From an uncultured Verrucomicrobiae bacterium (lineage in GTDB: Bacteria > Verrucomicrobiota > Verrucomicrobiia > Chthoniobacterales > JAFAMB01): a stretch of 64,000 nucleotides of DNA. Shown in pieces: positions 23,150 to 34,532 of the stretch; position 1 is the first letter of the stretch; the number at the start of each line of letters is the position of its first letter. The notes below the pieces were generated by a model. The model ran no database searches. It was not told where the DNA came from and worked only from the letters and a program-made list of their open reading frames with translations. The translations under genes and the position numbers were made by a program. The DNA is taken from assembly GCA_963813025.1 (NCBI GenBank), contig CAWEXO010000013.1, forward strand, positions 416,001-480,000. Direction: 5' to 3'.

Positions 23150-24104
23150 TCAAGAGAAGGTAAGCACCTGCTTGGCTCGTCCATGACCGCTGGCGGTTCG
23201 TTCATAGGCTTCGACCGCTTTTTCAAATGGCACAGTCTCTACCGCGGGAGGTTTGAGAAGATTAGCCTCAAAACCTGGTTGTAATTCTTCGGCGATTGCT
23301 GCCACATCATGCGGCGTGAACTTCATGCTATCGACGCCGATCAGGCGGGAAAGATTGTGATAGAAATCAACCAGATCGAAACTTACTCGCCTCTCGCCTG
23401 TGCTGGTGATTGCGACTTGTCGTCCGCCAAGCCGTAGCGAACGCAACGCCAGCTCGAACATCGCTCCGCCGACGGTATCGAAGACAGCGTCAGCCCCCTT
23501 ACCATTTGTTAGGTCGAAAACACGCTTACGCAGATCCTCCGTCGTTGTGTTGATGGCTGCGGCAACACCCGGAATAGGATCCGAACTGCGGCCAGCGCCG
23601 AGCACGCGTGCTTTTTTCCAGTTGGCTATCTGCGTGGCAGCTTGTCCGACTGCACCAGCAGCGCCGATAATGAGGATCGTTTCTTCAGCTTGAAGCTGCG
23701 CCGCATGCATGACCGCGAACCAGGCAGTAAGAAAGGGAACACCGATTGCTGCTGCTTGCTCGTACCTTAGCATCCGAGGCTTCAGCGACAGCGCTTCTTC
23801 TGGGATTAGCACGTACTCAGCGTGTGCGCCATCCCGCGTGATACCTAGACCAGGGCCGCTGCTCCACACCTCCTGGCCTAGATACTTTTTGCCTGCAACA
23901 ACAACTCCTGAGAAATCACGTCCCGGGATGCGCGGCAAAGTTGTCCTCCGCGAAGTGACCCGAGACATTCTTTACGTCACTCGGATTTATTGCCGCCGCC
24001 TTGCCCTGAACCAGCGCTTCACCATCGCGCGGCTCGGGCCGCCCGACTTCTTCGATGGATAGGACGGACGGCGGACCAAATTTGCTAAAGCGTAGAGCCT
24101 TCAT
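23150..24104 (-). CDS. Zn-independent MDR / quinone oxidoreductase, frameshift near 23965
   Basis: MKALRFSKFGPPSVL, AAINPSDVK, PRIPGRDFSG, IGAAGAVG, VFDTVGG. Confidence 0.82.
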
Positions 24105-24141
24105 GATCATCTCCTTTCGAATTGCTTTCGAGTAACGCGCA

Positions 24142-24425
24142 TTAATAAGTTTCGCCGAAGTCGGGATCAATCTGGATGTCAATCACCGACGGTCCCTCGT
24201 TCGTGAGTGCCTGCCGAAGTGCGGGATAGATGTCGCCGGACCGGGTGACTTCCACACCTTCCGCGCCAAATCCCGAGCAAAGTCCAAGAATGAGATTCCC
24301 GCGAGCCGGACACCGGGAGGCTTTCCCGGTTCCCAGCAGGCGGCTGAAGGAGAGCATGGCACCGTGGTCGTGATTGTTCAGCACGGCCTATTAATGGAAG
24401 CTTGTGCTGAGCGGCGGTCCAAAGC
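24142..24425 (-). pseudogene. ThDP-dependent decarboxylase (benzoylformate decarboxylase-like) C-terminal fragment
   Basis: LWTAAQHKLP, VLNN, GFGAEGVEV, EGPSVIDIQID. Confidence 0.55.
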
Positions 24426-24610
24426 AATGGCTCCTTCGAACATCTTGTTGATCCGCTCGACATTGGGTTTGTTGATCAGGGGGCCCATTTCGCTGCTCCG
24501 GTCGGAAGCTGGACCTACTTTCAATCTTGTTAGTCGCTGAGCGAGAGCTGACCGGAACCGATCGATAATTCCGTGTTGCGCAGCGCACCCGGCGGACATT
24601 GCGGCAGCTA
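24425..24610 (-). pseudogene. Aldehyde dehydrogenase internal fragment
   Basis: LTRLKVGPASDRSSEMGPLINKPNVERI. Confidence 0.6.
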
Positions 24611-24704
24611 ATCTCACCATGATCGTGGGGCCTTTGACACGCGAACGCATTCCCACTGTTTTGCCGGAGTTGTTACAAAGCAATACAGAGCATGGTGAAC
24701 GAAT

Positions 24705-25661
24705 ATGATCTCTATTCACCCGCACGAACATAAGGCTCTGCTCTGCTCGCTGGCCGCAGTTCATCAGGCGATGACCATCGGCCGGATCGCTTCATATGCC
24801 CATCGGGCGGTGCTAACGGAAGTATTGCTGACGCCGAAGCCGGGTTTGGTGGACCAGCGCAATTGCGGCGCCCACCGCGATATGGATCTACAGACGTTTC
24901 TAGCGAGCGCGCGCGCCATTCTGCCTTCGTGGTCGCGTTTCGTCGAAATCGGCTATGCATGCGGGCATATTCCTGCAGGCGATTTCCTTCCTGTCGCGCG
25001 CCCCGCCGGCCTCCTGTGCGAAAGGGCAATGTTGGAAGCAACGCGTGGCGTCAACACACATAAGGGTGCCATTTTCTCGCTCGGCTTGCTCTGTTCCGCC
25101 GCAGGCCGTCTTTTCGCAAAAGGGATGGGGTTGAACCGCGAACGCATTTGCTCGGAAGCGGCCCGCATTTGCGTCGGCCTGGTGGATCTGGAACTGAGCC
25201 GCACACACGCGACCAATACTGCTGGTGAACGTAGCTTCAGACGCTACGGAATCACCGGAGCCAGGGGCGAAGCGGCCTCAGGATATGCCATGGTGCGCAC
25301 GATCGCGCTGCCCGTCTACGACCGCTTGCGACTGGACGGGGTCGGCGAAGACCTGGCTCTCTTGCATGTTCTATTGCACCTGCTCGCGGTCAACTTTGAC
25401 ACCAACCTTGTCTCACGCGGCGGGCTCGCCGGCCTGAACTATGTCCGCGATTACTCCGGAAGACTCCTGCGGGAAGGAGGCGTGCTGGCGCCGGAGGGCT
25501 TAAACAAGATGGAGGCGTTTGATGATGAACTGATTGCGCGCCATCTCAGCCCGGGCGGCAGCGCGGATTTACTGGGGGTCACTTGGTTTTTAGCTCGGTT
25601 TCCCGCGTCAGACGACGGACGTAGAGGCATGATTGAAACAGGAACAACACAGAGGTACTGA
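24705..25661 (+). CDS. citG: Triphosphoribosyl-dephospho-CoA synthase
   Basis: EVLLTPKPGLVD, GAHRDMD, GVNTHKGAIFSLG, GARGEA, DTNLVSRGG, LSPGGSADLL. Confidence 0.92.
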   Translation: MISIHPHEHKALLCSLAAVHQAMTIGRIASYAHRAVLTEVLLTPKPGLVDQRNCGAHRDMDLQTFLASARAILPSWSRFVEIGYACGHIPAGDFLPVARPAGLLCERAMLEATRGVNTHKGAIFSLGLLCSAAGRLFAKGMGLNRERICSEAARICVGLVDLELSRTHATNTAGERSFRRYGITGARGEAASGYAMVRTIALPVYDRLRLDGVGEDLALLHVLLHLLAVNFDTNLVSRGGLAGLNYVRDYSGRLLREGGVLAPEGLNKMEAFDDELIARHLSPGGSADLLGVTWFLARFPASDDGRRGMIETGTTQRY

Positions 25662-26294
25662 CACAGCATCCGTAAGCAACCCGGGACCAGTATATGCCTC
25701 TCCCAAATGAGGGAGCGCTGACTAGCTCGCGCGACTTAGTACTCACGTTCGAAATTATGGTGACGTATTCCGTCAGGCTGCGGGAGCCAGCCGTTTGGCG
25801 GCGATCTTGGCCAGAAGAGCATGGAGATCGCGGCGGGTGAAGGTCCAGTTGAAGGGCAATGCCGACCGCGCGTAATGGGACTGAAAGGCACGCAGGCGCT
25901 GTTCGAGTTCCTCCAGAGATGAGAAGTCGTTGGGCGTGAGGATCTTTCTCTGAACGATTGAGAAATAGATTTCGACCTGGTTGAGCCAGCTGGCGTGGAT
26001 CGGTGTATGAATGAGGATTAGGTTGGGCCACCTGTCACGCAAGCGGTTGGCGGCCTTCTGCCCTCGATGAGCAGAGCAGTTGGCCATGATCCAAAAGACG
26101 CGGCGAGCAGATTTATAAGGCTCTTGCCCCATGACTTCGCCCACAGGCCGATTGACGGGAGCAATTCCACTTTTGACTTCACAGCGGCCGAAGACTCTTG
26201 CTCGATGGACATCCCAGGCTGCCAGATAGGTCCAGGGTATCCGTCTTACTAACCCCATCTGGTCGGCGACGTCGGATTTTGCTCAAGTGGGTGG

Positions 26295-26657
26295 ATGAGC
26301 GAAGACGAGGAAATTAAGCGACGGCGGCGGCGTAGCAGCCAGGAAATCCAGCGACTGGTGGCAGAGTTTCGGACCAGCGGGTTGCGACAGAGTGAGTACT
26401 GTCGAATCCACGGGCTGACGCATGGGACGCTGCAGCGAGGCCTCAGGAGAGAGCGGATAGCCTCAGGCTCGCAAGGGGAAGTCAAAGGGCTGGTGGCGGT
26501 AGAGCTAACCGATGGCGACGGGTTAGTCCGAGGCAGACCACAGGAGGGTTGCTGCGGATTAGAAGCGATTTTAGCCAAGGGGCGGCGAATCGAACTGAGC
26601 CGGGATTTTGACGCGGTGCAACTGCGTCGTGCGGTCGAGGTGCTGGAAGGATTTTAA
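26295..26657 (+). CDS. tnpA: IS66 accessory protein TnpA
   Basis: FRTSGLRQSEYCRIHGL HTH; first ORF of the IS66. Confidence 0.8.
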   Translation: MSEDEEIKRRRRRSSQEIQRLVAEFRTSGLRQSEYCRIHGLTHGTLQRGLRRERIASGSQGEVKGLVAVELTDGDGLVRGRPQEGCCGLEAILAKGRRIELSRDFDAVQLRRAVEVLEGF

Positions 26658-26661
26658 GCCT

Positions 26662-27024
26662 GTGTTCGGACTTGGACCGGCGACCCGGGTTTACCTCGCC
26701 GTTGGAGCGACCGATCTGCGCAAGGGTTTTGAGGGGCTCTTCGGGCTGGTGAAGGATCGGCTGGGGCTTGAACCCTTGAGCGGGCATGTGGTGTGTTTTT
26801 GCAATCGGTCCCGAAGCCGGATCAAGATACTGTTCTGGGACGGGAGCGGGCTTTGGCTTTGCAGCAAACGGCTGGGAAAAGGGCGCTTCCGCTGGCCCTC
26901 GGCGCAAGATGAATCGGTAGCTCTCAGGCTAAGCCAGGAAGAACTGACGCTCTTACTGGGAGGGATAGATCTCAAGCAAACCAAGAGCCGGAACTGGTAT
27001 CGGAAAACGGTTTTCGGAGAGTAA
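26662..27024 (+). CDS. tnpB: IS66 accessory protein TnpB
   Basis: TDLRKGFEGL, IKILFWDGSGLWLCSKRL.KGRFRWP. Confidence 0.9.
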   Translation: MFGLGPATRVYLAVGATDLRKGFEGLFGLVKDRLGLEPLSGHVVCFCNRSRSRIKILFWDGSGLWLCSKRLGKGRFRWPSAQDESVALRLSQEELTLLLGGIDLKQTKSRNWYRKTVFGE

Positions 27025-27559
27025 AAAAGTACAAAAAAAGCTGGTAATTAGCACTTAATTTTTGTTAGTTATTATCGCATATTGAGCATAGCTTTTAACC
27101 CGCTTCCAGAGCGGGATCAGTCAGTACTTGAGGAGATCAGACGGGCCGTATCGGAGGCGATATTTGAAAGGCTCAATCAATCGATTCGCCGCAATCAGGA
27201 GTTGCTCGACCGCCTTCAAAGAGAGAACAAACTATTGCGCGAACTGAGGCGCTTGGACTTGTTAGAAAAATATGGTCCCTCGGCAGAGACACTCTCCGAT
27301 GAGCAACTGGAATTGCTCGAATTAGAACCCGGGGTTAGCAAAACCGAGGTAGAGGCCGAGAGTCAACGGGCACAACTATCGCTGCCACTGAAATCGGCGC
27401 CGACACGCAAACATCCCGGCCGGCAGCAACTGCCAGCCGAGCTGCCCAGAGAAGAACAAGTCATTGCCTGCGCTCCGGGTCAGTGTGTCTGCGGCAACTG
27501 TGGCAAAGAAACGACGGTGATCGGCTACGAAACTGCTGAGCAACTCGATGTCGAGCCGG

Positions 27560-28687
27560 CTAGTGCATTGTAGCATTTGACTTCTGATATGATGATCTGC
27601 TAGCAAAAAGGAGTGTTAAAACGATTGGTTCTTTCTCCGCCAGAACGTCGACGACTTAGGCAGCGGGTCCGATCCCGTAGCGGGCGAGCAGAGGAGGTGC
27701 AGCGAGCCAAGATTGTCCTCTTGATTGCTAGCGGCAGATCGCAATGGGCGGTAAGTCGGCAACTGGGATGCAGCATCAACACCGTGCGACTTTGGCTGAA
27801 GCGCTTTATGGAGGAACGTTTGGCAGGTCTTTTCAGTCGTCATCGTCGGCAAGGTAGCCAGCCAACAGAGCGCCAAGCTCGAAGCTCAGATTTTGGCCGC
27901 GGCCCGACATAAACCCACGGATGGCTCGACGCACTGGAGTACTTCGGAAGTTGGCGGCCGAACTTGGCACCAACCATACCCGAGTCGCCCGTGTTCTGGC
28001 GAAAGCCGGACTGCAGCCGCACCGCCTGCGCCGCTACATGGCCAGCGACGACCCGGATTTTGAAACCAAGGCTGCTGATATCATTGGTTTGTATCTGAAG
28101 CCTCCGGTCAATGCCGCAGTTTTCTGCGTCGACGAAAAGAGCGCCATCCAAGCGCTGGACCGGCTCGATCCGAAGTGTTGCCGCTCTCGCCCGGAAGAGC
28201 CGAGCGGCACGGTTTTGAATACTACCGTCACGGCACGCTTTCGCTCTACGCAGCGCTCAACACCAAAACCGGCCAGGTGCTGGGCCAAACTGTGCCTCGT
28301 CACACCAGTGCCGAGTTTGTTGCTTTTCTTGAACAGATCGTCGCCAGCTTTCCCGAGGGCCAGCAGATCCACATTATCGCAGATAATCTCTCGGCACATC
28401 GCACCTCCAGAGTCTGGCAGTTTATCGATCGTCATCGCCACGTGCGGATCCATTTTACACCGACCTATTCTTCATGGCTTAACCAAGTCTAGAGATCTGG
28501 TTTTCCAAGATCTCAACGCGACGTCATCGCCCGCGGAATCTTCCGTTCGGTCAAAGACTTGGCTAAAAAACTCATGACCTATATCCGACGCTATAACATG
28601 AAGGCCAAACCCTTTAAGTGGGAACCTCACCGATCAGCAGAGCGTCGTATCAATCCCGTATCAGGTTTAAACGCTACGCCGCACTAG
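27560..28687 (+). mobile_element. Second copy of IS630 element B, with many small insertions
   Basis: Near-identical to the reverse complement of 4836-5952; CTAG at both ends. Confidence 0.93.
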
Positions 28688-28798
28688 ATACTTTGTGCGA
28701 GTAACCAAGCGCGAGAAACGTGCCTGCAAAGCTTGCGAAGAACTGGGAGTTCAGTGCGCGCGGTTGCCAGCGAGGATCATCGACGAAGGCTTGGCTAG

Positions 28799-29967
28799 CT
28801 AGTGCACTGTCTCTTAAATGTCTTTAGGAAGTGGCAGGATTTGTGGCGGCCTCCCATGCCCTGTGGATTTTGTTGAGAACTTCCTGGCCGTTGGCATGCC
28901 AGACGTAGCGTTTTGGTTCTAAGTTATGTTGTGCCAGATAACGATTGATTGTGTCGACCAGTTCGGCGACCGAGCCGAAGCTGCCTGGCAGGATGGCTTG
29001 TTGGCTCAGATCGCGGAAGAAACGTTCGACCATGTTCATCCAGGAAGCGCTGGTGGGCGTGAAGTGGAGATGAAAGCGCGGATGACGCTCCAGCCAGCGA
29101 CAAACCTTTTGGTGTTTGTGCGTCGAAGAGTTGTCCACGATTAGATGAATGCTTAAGTCCGCAGCGATTTCGGAATCGAGTTTCTTCAAGAATTTGAGCC
29201 ACTCATTATGCCGATGGCGTGGTGCCACTTGGCTTATGACTTTGCCACTGAGGTAATCGAGTGCGGCAAAAAGGGTCACAGTGCCATGCCGATAGTAATC
29301 GTGAGTGATCGTCCGGATATGGCCTTGGGCTAAGGGCAAACCGGGTTGGCTGCGCTGCAACGCCTGACACTGACTTTTTTCATCGCAGCAGAGCACCACC
29401 GCATGGTCTGGCGGATTGAGATAGACCCCGATCACGTCCCAGAACTTGGCTTCGAATTGCTCGTCGCACGACAATTTGAAGATCCGCGTCCGGTGCGGCC
29501 TAATGTCATTGGTGGACCACAGACGCTGAACGGTTGCCTTGGATACTCCCAGATGCCTGGCCATCGAAGGGGTACTCCACCGCCCCAAGGTCGCTGGCGG
29601 CCTGACGGCTTCACTCAAGATTCGGCCCTTGAGCGCCGGCTTAATACGCTCTGGGCGCCCACTGCGGGCCAAGTCCGCCAAACCTCCTATGCCTTCTTGT
29701 CGGAAACGACCCCGCCACAACGTGACTGTTTGTTCGGTCGTAGCTAAGCGCTTGGCCACTTGCACGTTATCCGCTCCAGTAGCGCACTCGAGGATCAACC
29801 GCGCTCGGAAGACCATCCGTTTTTCGCCCGTGCCAGCTCTCACCAGACGTTCTAATTCCTGCCGTTGCACTTCGGTGAGCTCCAAATTTGCCTTCGGGCG
29901 ACCTGTCATCCCTCCAGGCTACAGAAAATCTCACATTATTAAAGCGAATTACGAGACGCTACACTAG
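28799..29967 (-). mobile_element. IS630 family element D, intact transposase 29909-28824
   Basis: CTAG-flanked IRs; paralogue of element C. Confidence 0.93.
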
Positions 29968-31862
29968 TGATCGAGGCATTATTGATACGGTGGTGAGCAA
30001 GTATGCCGACCATGTTCCGATCTATCGCCAGAGCGCGATTCTTGAACGGGAGACTGGGATCGAGCTGTCTCGGGCCACCATGGATGGTTGGGTGATGCGA
30101 GTCGGAGAGCTGCTCACTCCGATCGTATCGGCCATGGGTCGGGAACTTTTGGCGGGCGACTACATCCAGGCCGATGAAACTCCAGTCGGCGTCCAGATGC
30201 ACGATGGCCGAGGAAAGAACCGGCAAGCTTACCTCTGGCAATACAGTCACTCGGCTGGATCGGTCGTGTTCGACTTCCGGCTCGGGCGTGAAAGGGAAGG
30301 TCCCAAACGCTTCTTGGGCAATTTCGAAGGGGTCCTCCAAAGCGACGGCTACGGTGCCTATGATCGAGTAGGCGGACCCGGAATCGTGCATGCAGGCTGT
30401 TGGGCGCATGCGAGGCGCAAATTTTTTGACGCGGTCAAACTCAATCCCAAAGATCAGGCCGCCATTGGGATCGTGGCGCAGATGGACCAACTTTTTGCCA
30501 TCGACGCCCAGGCTCGGGCTCAGAAATTAACCCACAGTGATCGTCACCTTCTGCGAGAGCAAAAAGCGCGGCCGCTGCTGGAGCAGATTAAAGGGGCAAT
30601 CGAAACGGCGCGGATGCAAGCCTTGCCCGGCAGCGCCCTGGCCAAGGGCTGTAATTACACCCTGACGCTTTGGAGTCGGCTGACCCGCTTCCTGGACTAC
30701 CCGCAATTGGAGTTGAGCAATAACCTGGCTGAAAACGCGATACGCCCCGTGGCACTTGGCCGCAAGAATTGGATCCACATCGGCAGCAAGGAGGCGGGCC
30801 CTCGAGTTGCAGCGATCGTATCGGTCGTTGAGACCTGCCGACGGCTCAACATCCCCATCCGCGACTATCTGGCTTCGGTCCTGCCGGGATTGGCAGATCG
30901 CCCAATCAGCCAAATCACAGAACTAACCGCCGTCGCTTGGGGCAATCGAAACCGATCGTCGCCGCCGCCGCCACCGCCCGCGGTGTAGTTAGTAAGACGC
31001 TTACGGTCCAGGCACCCACGCGGAAGTGCTCATGCTCGACGTACGTCGGGCGGTTGGGCGCCGGCGGCAGCGTCGGTTGTTTTCGGCGGCGGGCTTGAAT
31101 ACTGGTCTTTTCGTCTGCGCAGATAACGTAATCATCGGCACCCAGTGGAGCGCCCTCCCAGACACGTTGGTAAAGATCGAGGATGGGTCCGGCTTTTCCG
31201 GCAAAGTTCGGATCGCGGGCGAAGATCCAGCTTCGATCTTTCCAGGGGCGAAGGGCATCGCTGCTCTAGCCAGCGCCACAAAGTAGCGCCGCTGATCTCA
31301 GCGACGAGGCCTTGCGAAATGACGTGCTGGCGGATTTCCTCAACCGAGAGCCGAGACAATGGGAGCCCGAGGGTGTAAGGAAGCTCGCAGGCGAGTGCCT
31401 TAACCTGAACGACGAGACCGGGGGGAAAAGCGGGCTTTACGCCCGCCTCGAGGCTGCGCCTCAAGGCCAGGCAATCGGGCAAAGGCGAATCGCTTACGCC
31501 ACTTGCTGACAATCTGACGCGGGGTATCCAGCCGGGACGCGATCACGTCATTGGAGAGTCCTTCATCTGCGAGGAGGATGATTTTGGAACGGATCACATC
31601 ACAATACGATGACGTATATTTCCATGCCATTGATTCCCGCGTCTGTCGCTCCTCGCTGGAAAGATTCACATTAAACGGGCTTTTTCCTGGCATCAGAGAC
31701 ACTATTCCTCTGATGCAAGCCTATCAGATTACGTTATCGATTCGACTCTTAAAATACGTCATCGTATTTCCGAATAATTGTACTTAGCTACAAATCTTAC
31801 AGTCGCGCAGTAGCGGCCGATTCACCCAAAGCCGTACCGTTCCGCCATGCGTCACATCGATC

Positions 31863-32432
31863 AAAGCTATAACCGAATTTTGTGGATGAGGAGATAAAAA
31901 AAGGCGCATCCTTTCAGCAAGAAAAAGAACCGGCGGCGGCCTCACTCGAGGGCGCCGAAAAAGAAAGGATGCCGGAGAATAAAGTGGTCTCGTTTGATGA
32001 GCGAGCAAAAGATCAAGAAAAGCCGTTCCTGGAGCAGTTGCTGCAGGAAGGAGCCAGGAAGCTGTTACAGACGGCCATTGAGAATGAGGTGGTCGATTAT
32101 ATCCAGTTCCACAAGGATCGAAGGGATGAGCATGGAAAACGATTGGTGGTGCGCAATGGGCGCTTGCCGGAGCGGGAAGTGATTAGTGGAGTCGGTCCGA
32201 TCCGGGTTCGCCACGGGTCCGACATCCTGACAAGGGTCGATTTTCCAGTGCGATTCTGCCCAAGTACATGCGGCGCGCTCCCAGCATTGATGCGCTGATT
32301 CCAGCCCTTTACCTCAAAAGGATCTCGACCGGAGATTTCAACGAAGCGTTGACAGCGATTTTGGGCGAAGGAGCCAGTGGGCTCTCAGCCACCAATATCG
32401 TCAGACTCAAGAGCAGTTAGGAAGCCGATTAC
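31863..32432 (+). pseudogene. IS256 family element 1, left end and 5' transposase part
   Basis: Homologous to the IS256 element 2 left end; MPENKVVSF...VVRNGRLPER; truncated at 32432; a matching right end is at 38081-38125. Confidence 0.8.
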
Positions 32433-32452
32433 TGTAGCGCCTCACGTTATTT

Positions 32453-34124
32453 CCGGGATTTTTCTCAGATTAATTGCGACGGATTTCTCACGCTGTTCAC
32501 GGCTCTAGGAGCCGTGACGTAGCTGGTCACGAAGGGTTCTAACCCGCTTTTTGCACCATGTAACGGTTTACGCAGAGGAAAGAGAGAGCCCGGGTTAATG
32601 GTAGAGTGTTTTTCCAAAAGCGGGCTAGATGATGCCGCGGAAGCGGCATCTGGGGACACCGCAGGTATGCCGCCGTTGTTTTTCGGGTGCCGGGGTCAGC
32701 ACCTCTGTAGGAGCACTAGCCATAGAAGCAAACCAAGCAGGAGCAAAAGAGCTGCTGAAAGGGAAAGCTCGAACTCAACCACAAGCGAATGCGGCGAGTG
32801 TTTCGGGTGATGACCGCCCCAATTTTCAGCAGACGCAAGCGAATGGTTCCCACCTGAGCGCGGGCCAGTTCAGAACCGCTTAAGCCCAGACGACGGAGCG
32901 CTTCTAAGAGCACATAGGCCGAGGAGGAGAGCAAGAGCCGGAACTGATTCGCCCACCAAGCATGGCAGCTGGTGCGATCACTAAAGAGACCAAGCTGTTG
33001 TTCCTTGATGCGATTTTCTATCTCACCCCGGGCGCAGTAAATCCCATCATAGAGCGCCTGGGCAGACCCTTCCAGATTGGTCAAAACATAACGCGGATTA
33101 GCCCCTTTTGGGCTGTGTTCGGCCTTGGCAATTACCCGTCGCTTCCGGTCCCAAGTTTTGGCCTTGTATTTAAATTGCGTGAACAGTCGCACCTTTTCTC
33201 CGCTCATTTGGTGTTTGCGTTCCGCCCGTTTCTGTAACTTAGCCGAGAGTGCCGCCAAGCGCTCATTCTTGGCCAGTCCGACCAGGTAGTTGACTCCCGC
33301 TCCCTCGCACCAGCGCAGCATCTTCCACCGGCAAAAGCCGCTGTCGGCGCGCAGGGTAATTTTGACCGCCGGCCAGTGTTGGCGCAGCGCCTTTACCAAT
33401 AAGGCCAGGATCGCCCAGGCATGTTTGGCCGAATCGATATTACTCTCGCGCAGATAACTCACCAGCAACCGCTCGCCGCAAAAGACGTACAGCGGTAAAA
33501 AGCAGAAGTCGTAGTAATAACCGTGAAAGTGTCGCCCTTCTTGCAGGCCATGCACCCGATCGTCGGTGCAATCAAAATCCAACACCAGTTCAGCCGGTGC
33601 TGATTCGAAGCTGCCCACGAATTGCTCGAACAACACTTCGTGCATCAACCAAGCTTCCCGGCGTCCAGCACGATTTTCTAAGCGGCACAACGTCGAACAA
33701 CTCGCCAGTTCCTCGGTTCGCTCACTGGCCGTTTGCCAAAGCAAATCTTTGCGCAAAAAATCATGGTCGTTGAGATCTTCGTACCCAAGGGCCAAAGCGT
33801 AAATGCGCTGCCGCAGCATGCTCTCCAACGAATGCTCGATCTTGTCGGGATCGCGCGGGTCGGGTAACCGCTGCGCCAACCCTTTGGTTAATCCAATCCA
33901 GCGATCCACTTGGCGCAGCAAAACCACTCCGCCGTCGCTGCTGACATTTCCTCCTTCGAAATTTCCTTCGATTTTTCTCCCACTAAAGCCTGGCAATTCA
34001 AATCCGAACTCAGTACATTCTGTCATTAGCGAAGTCTCCTGTTGGTTTGTTTGTAACTGATTCATTCCTAACAGGTTCCATAAAAGACTTCGCTACTTTT
34101 TTGTCCTTATGGTGCAATTTCCGG
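32453..34124 (-). mobile_element. IS1380 family element, intact transposase 34026-32716
   Basis: CCGG-starting ends; SSDGG, GYEDLND, LDFDCTDD, LRADSGF, YCARGEIENRIKE. Confidence 0.9.
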
Positions 34125-34506
34125 ACTAAGCTCATCGATGATCCTGTTGCGTTGCTCTTCGTTTATGAGGGGAAGTGGAGTTGCCTTAGGCGTCGGATCT
34201 GGGGGCTGAGCTGCGGCCTTCAGACGCGTACGACTGATATTCAAGTCCTCCTCGAAGCGATCCAGTTGTAGGAGATTGGAAAGTTTCAGTGCGCCGATAT
34301 TCCGGCGCGTGGCGCGTATTTCCTTTTGGAGATAGGCGATGACTCGCCTCAAATCAGCAGCGTTAACTAAAGTCGGCCCGGAGGAACTCATACCAAAGCC
34401 GCTCACGGTCGAAGCGCAGGCTTAAATTCTGACCGGTGCACTGGCAGTAAAGCTCGTGGAGCTCGCGCACCAGTTGAGGGCAGTTTTGGATGATGGGCTC
34501 TGTCAT
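34125..34506 (-). pseudogene. Hypothetical protein downstream of the AAA ATPase, frameshifted and truncated by IS1380
   Basis: MTEPIIQNCPQLVRELHELYCQCTGQNLSLRFDRERLWYEFL continues after a shift as AADLRRVIAYLQKEIR...LKLSNLLQLDRFEEDL. Confidence 0.5.
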
Positions 34507-34532
34507 GGGGAGGATAGCTCCTCTGGTTGAGA

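Larger units (their letters stand above)
27082..30988 (+). pseudogene. tnpC: IS66 transposase TnpC, interrupted twice by IS630 elements
   Basis: Three pieces (27082-27563, 28688-28798, 29968-30988) rejoin as EQLDVEPA-RYFV...DEGLA-SDRG...; QADETP, SDGY, CWAHARRKF, NNLAENAIR. Confidence 0.9.
26237..31004 (+). mobile_element. IS66 family element (tnpA, tnpB, tnpC)
   Basis: IRs GTATCCGTCTTACTAAC / GTAAGCGTCTTACTAAC; 8-bp duplication GGTCCAGG at 26229-26236 and 31005-31012. Confidence 0.95.
25740..31783 (-). mobile_element. IS630 family element E (two-ORF type), interrupted by IS66
   Basis: About 33-bp imperfect IRs flanked by TTAG at both sides; HTH ORF 31702-31400; DDE part split between ~31500-31005 and 26236-25773 (HASWLNQVEIYFS). 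Confidence 0.85.

Noticed and set aside
26493..26503. ops-like GGCGGTAG
   Set aside because: Inside the IS66 tnpA coding sequence, far from any operon leader
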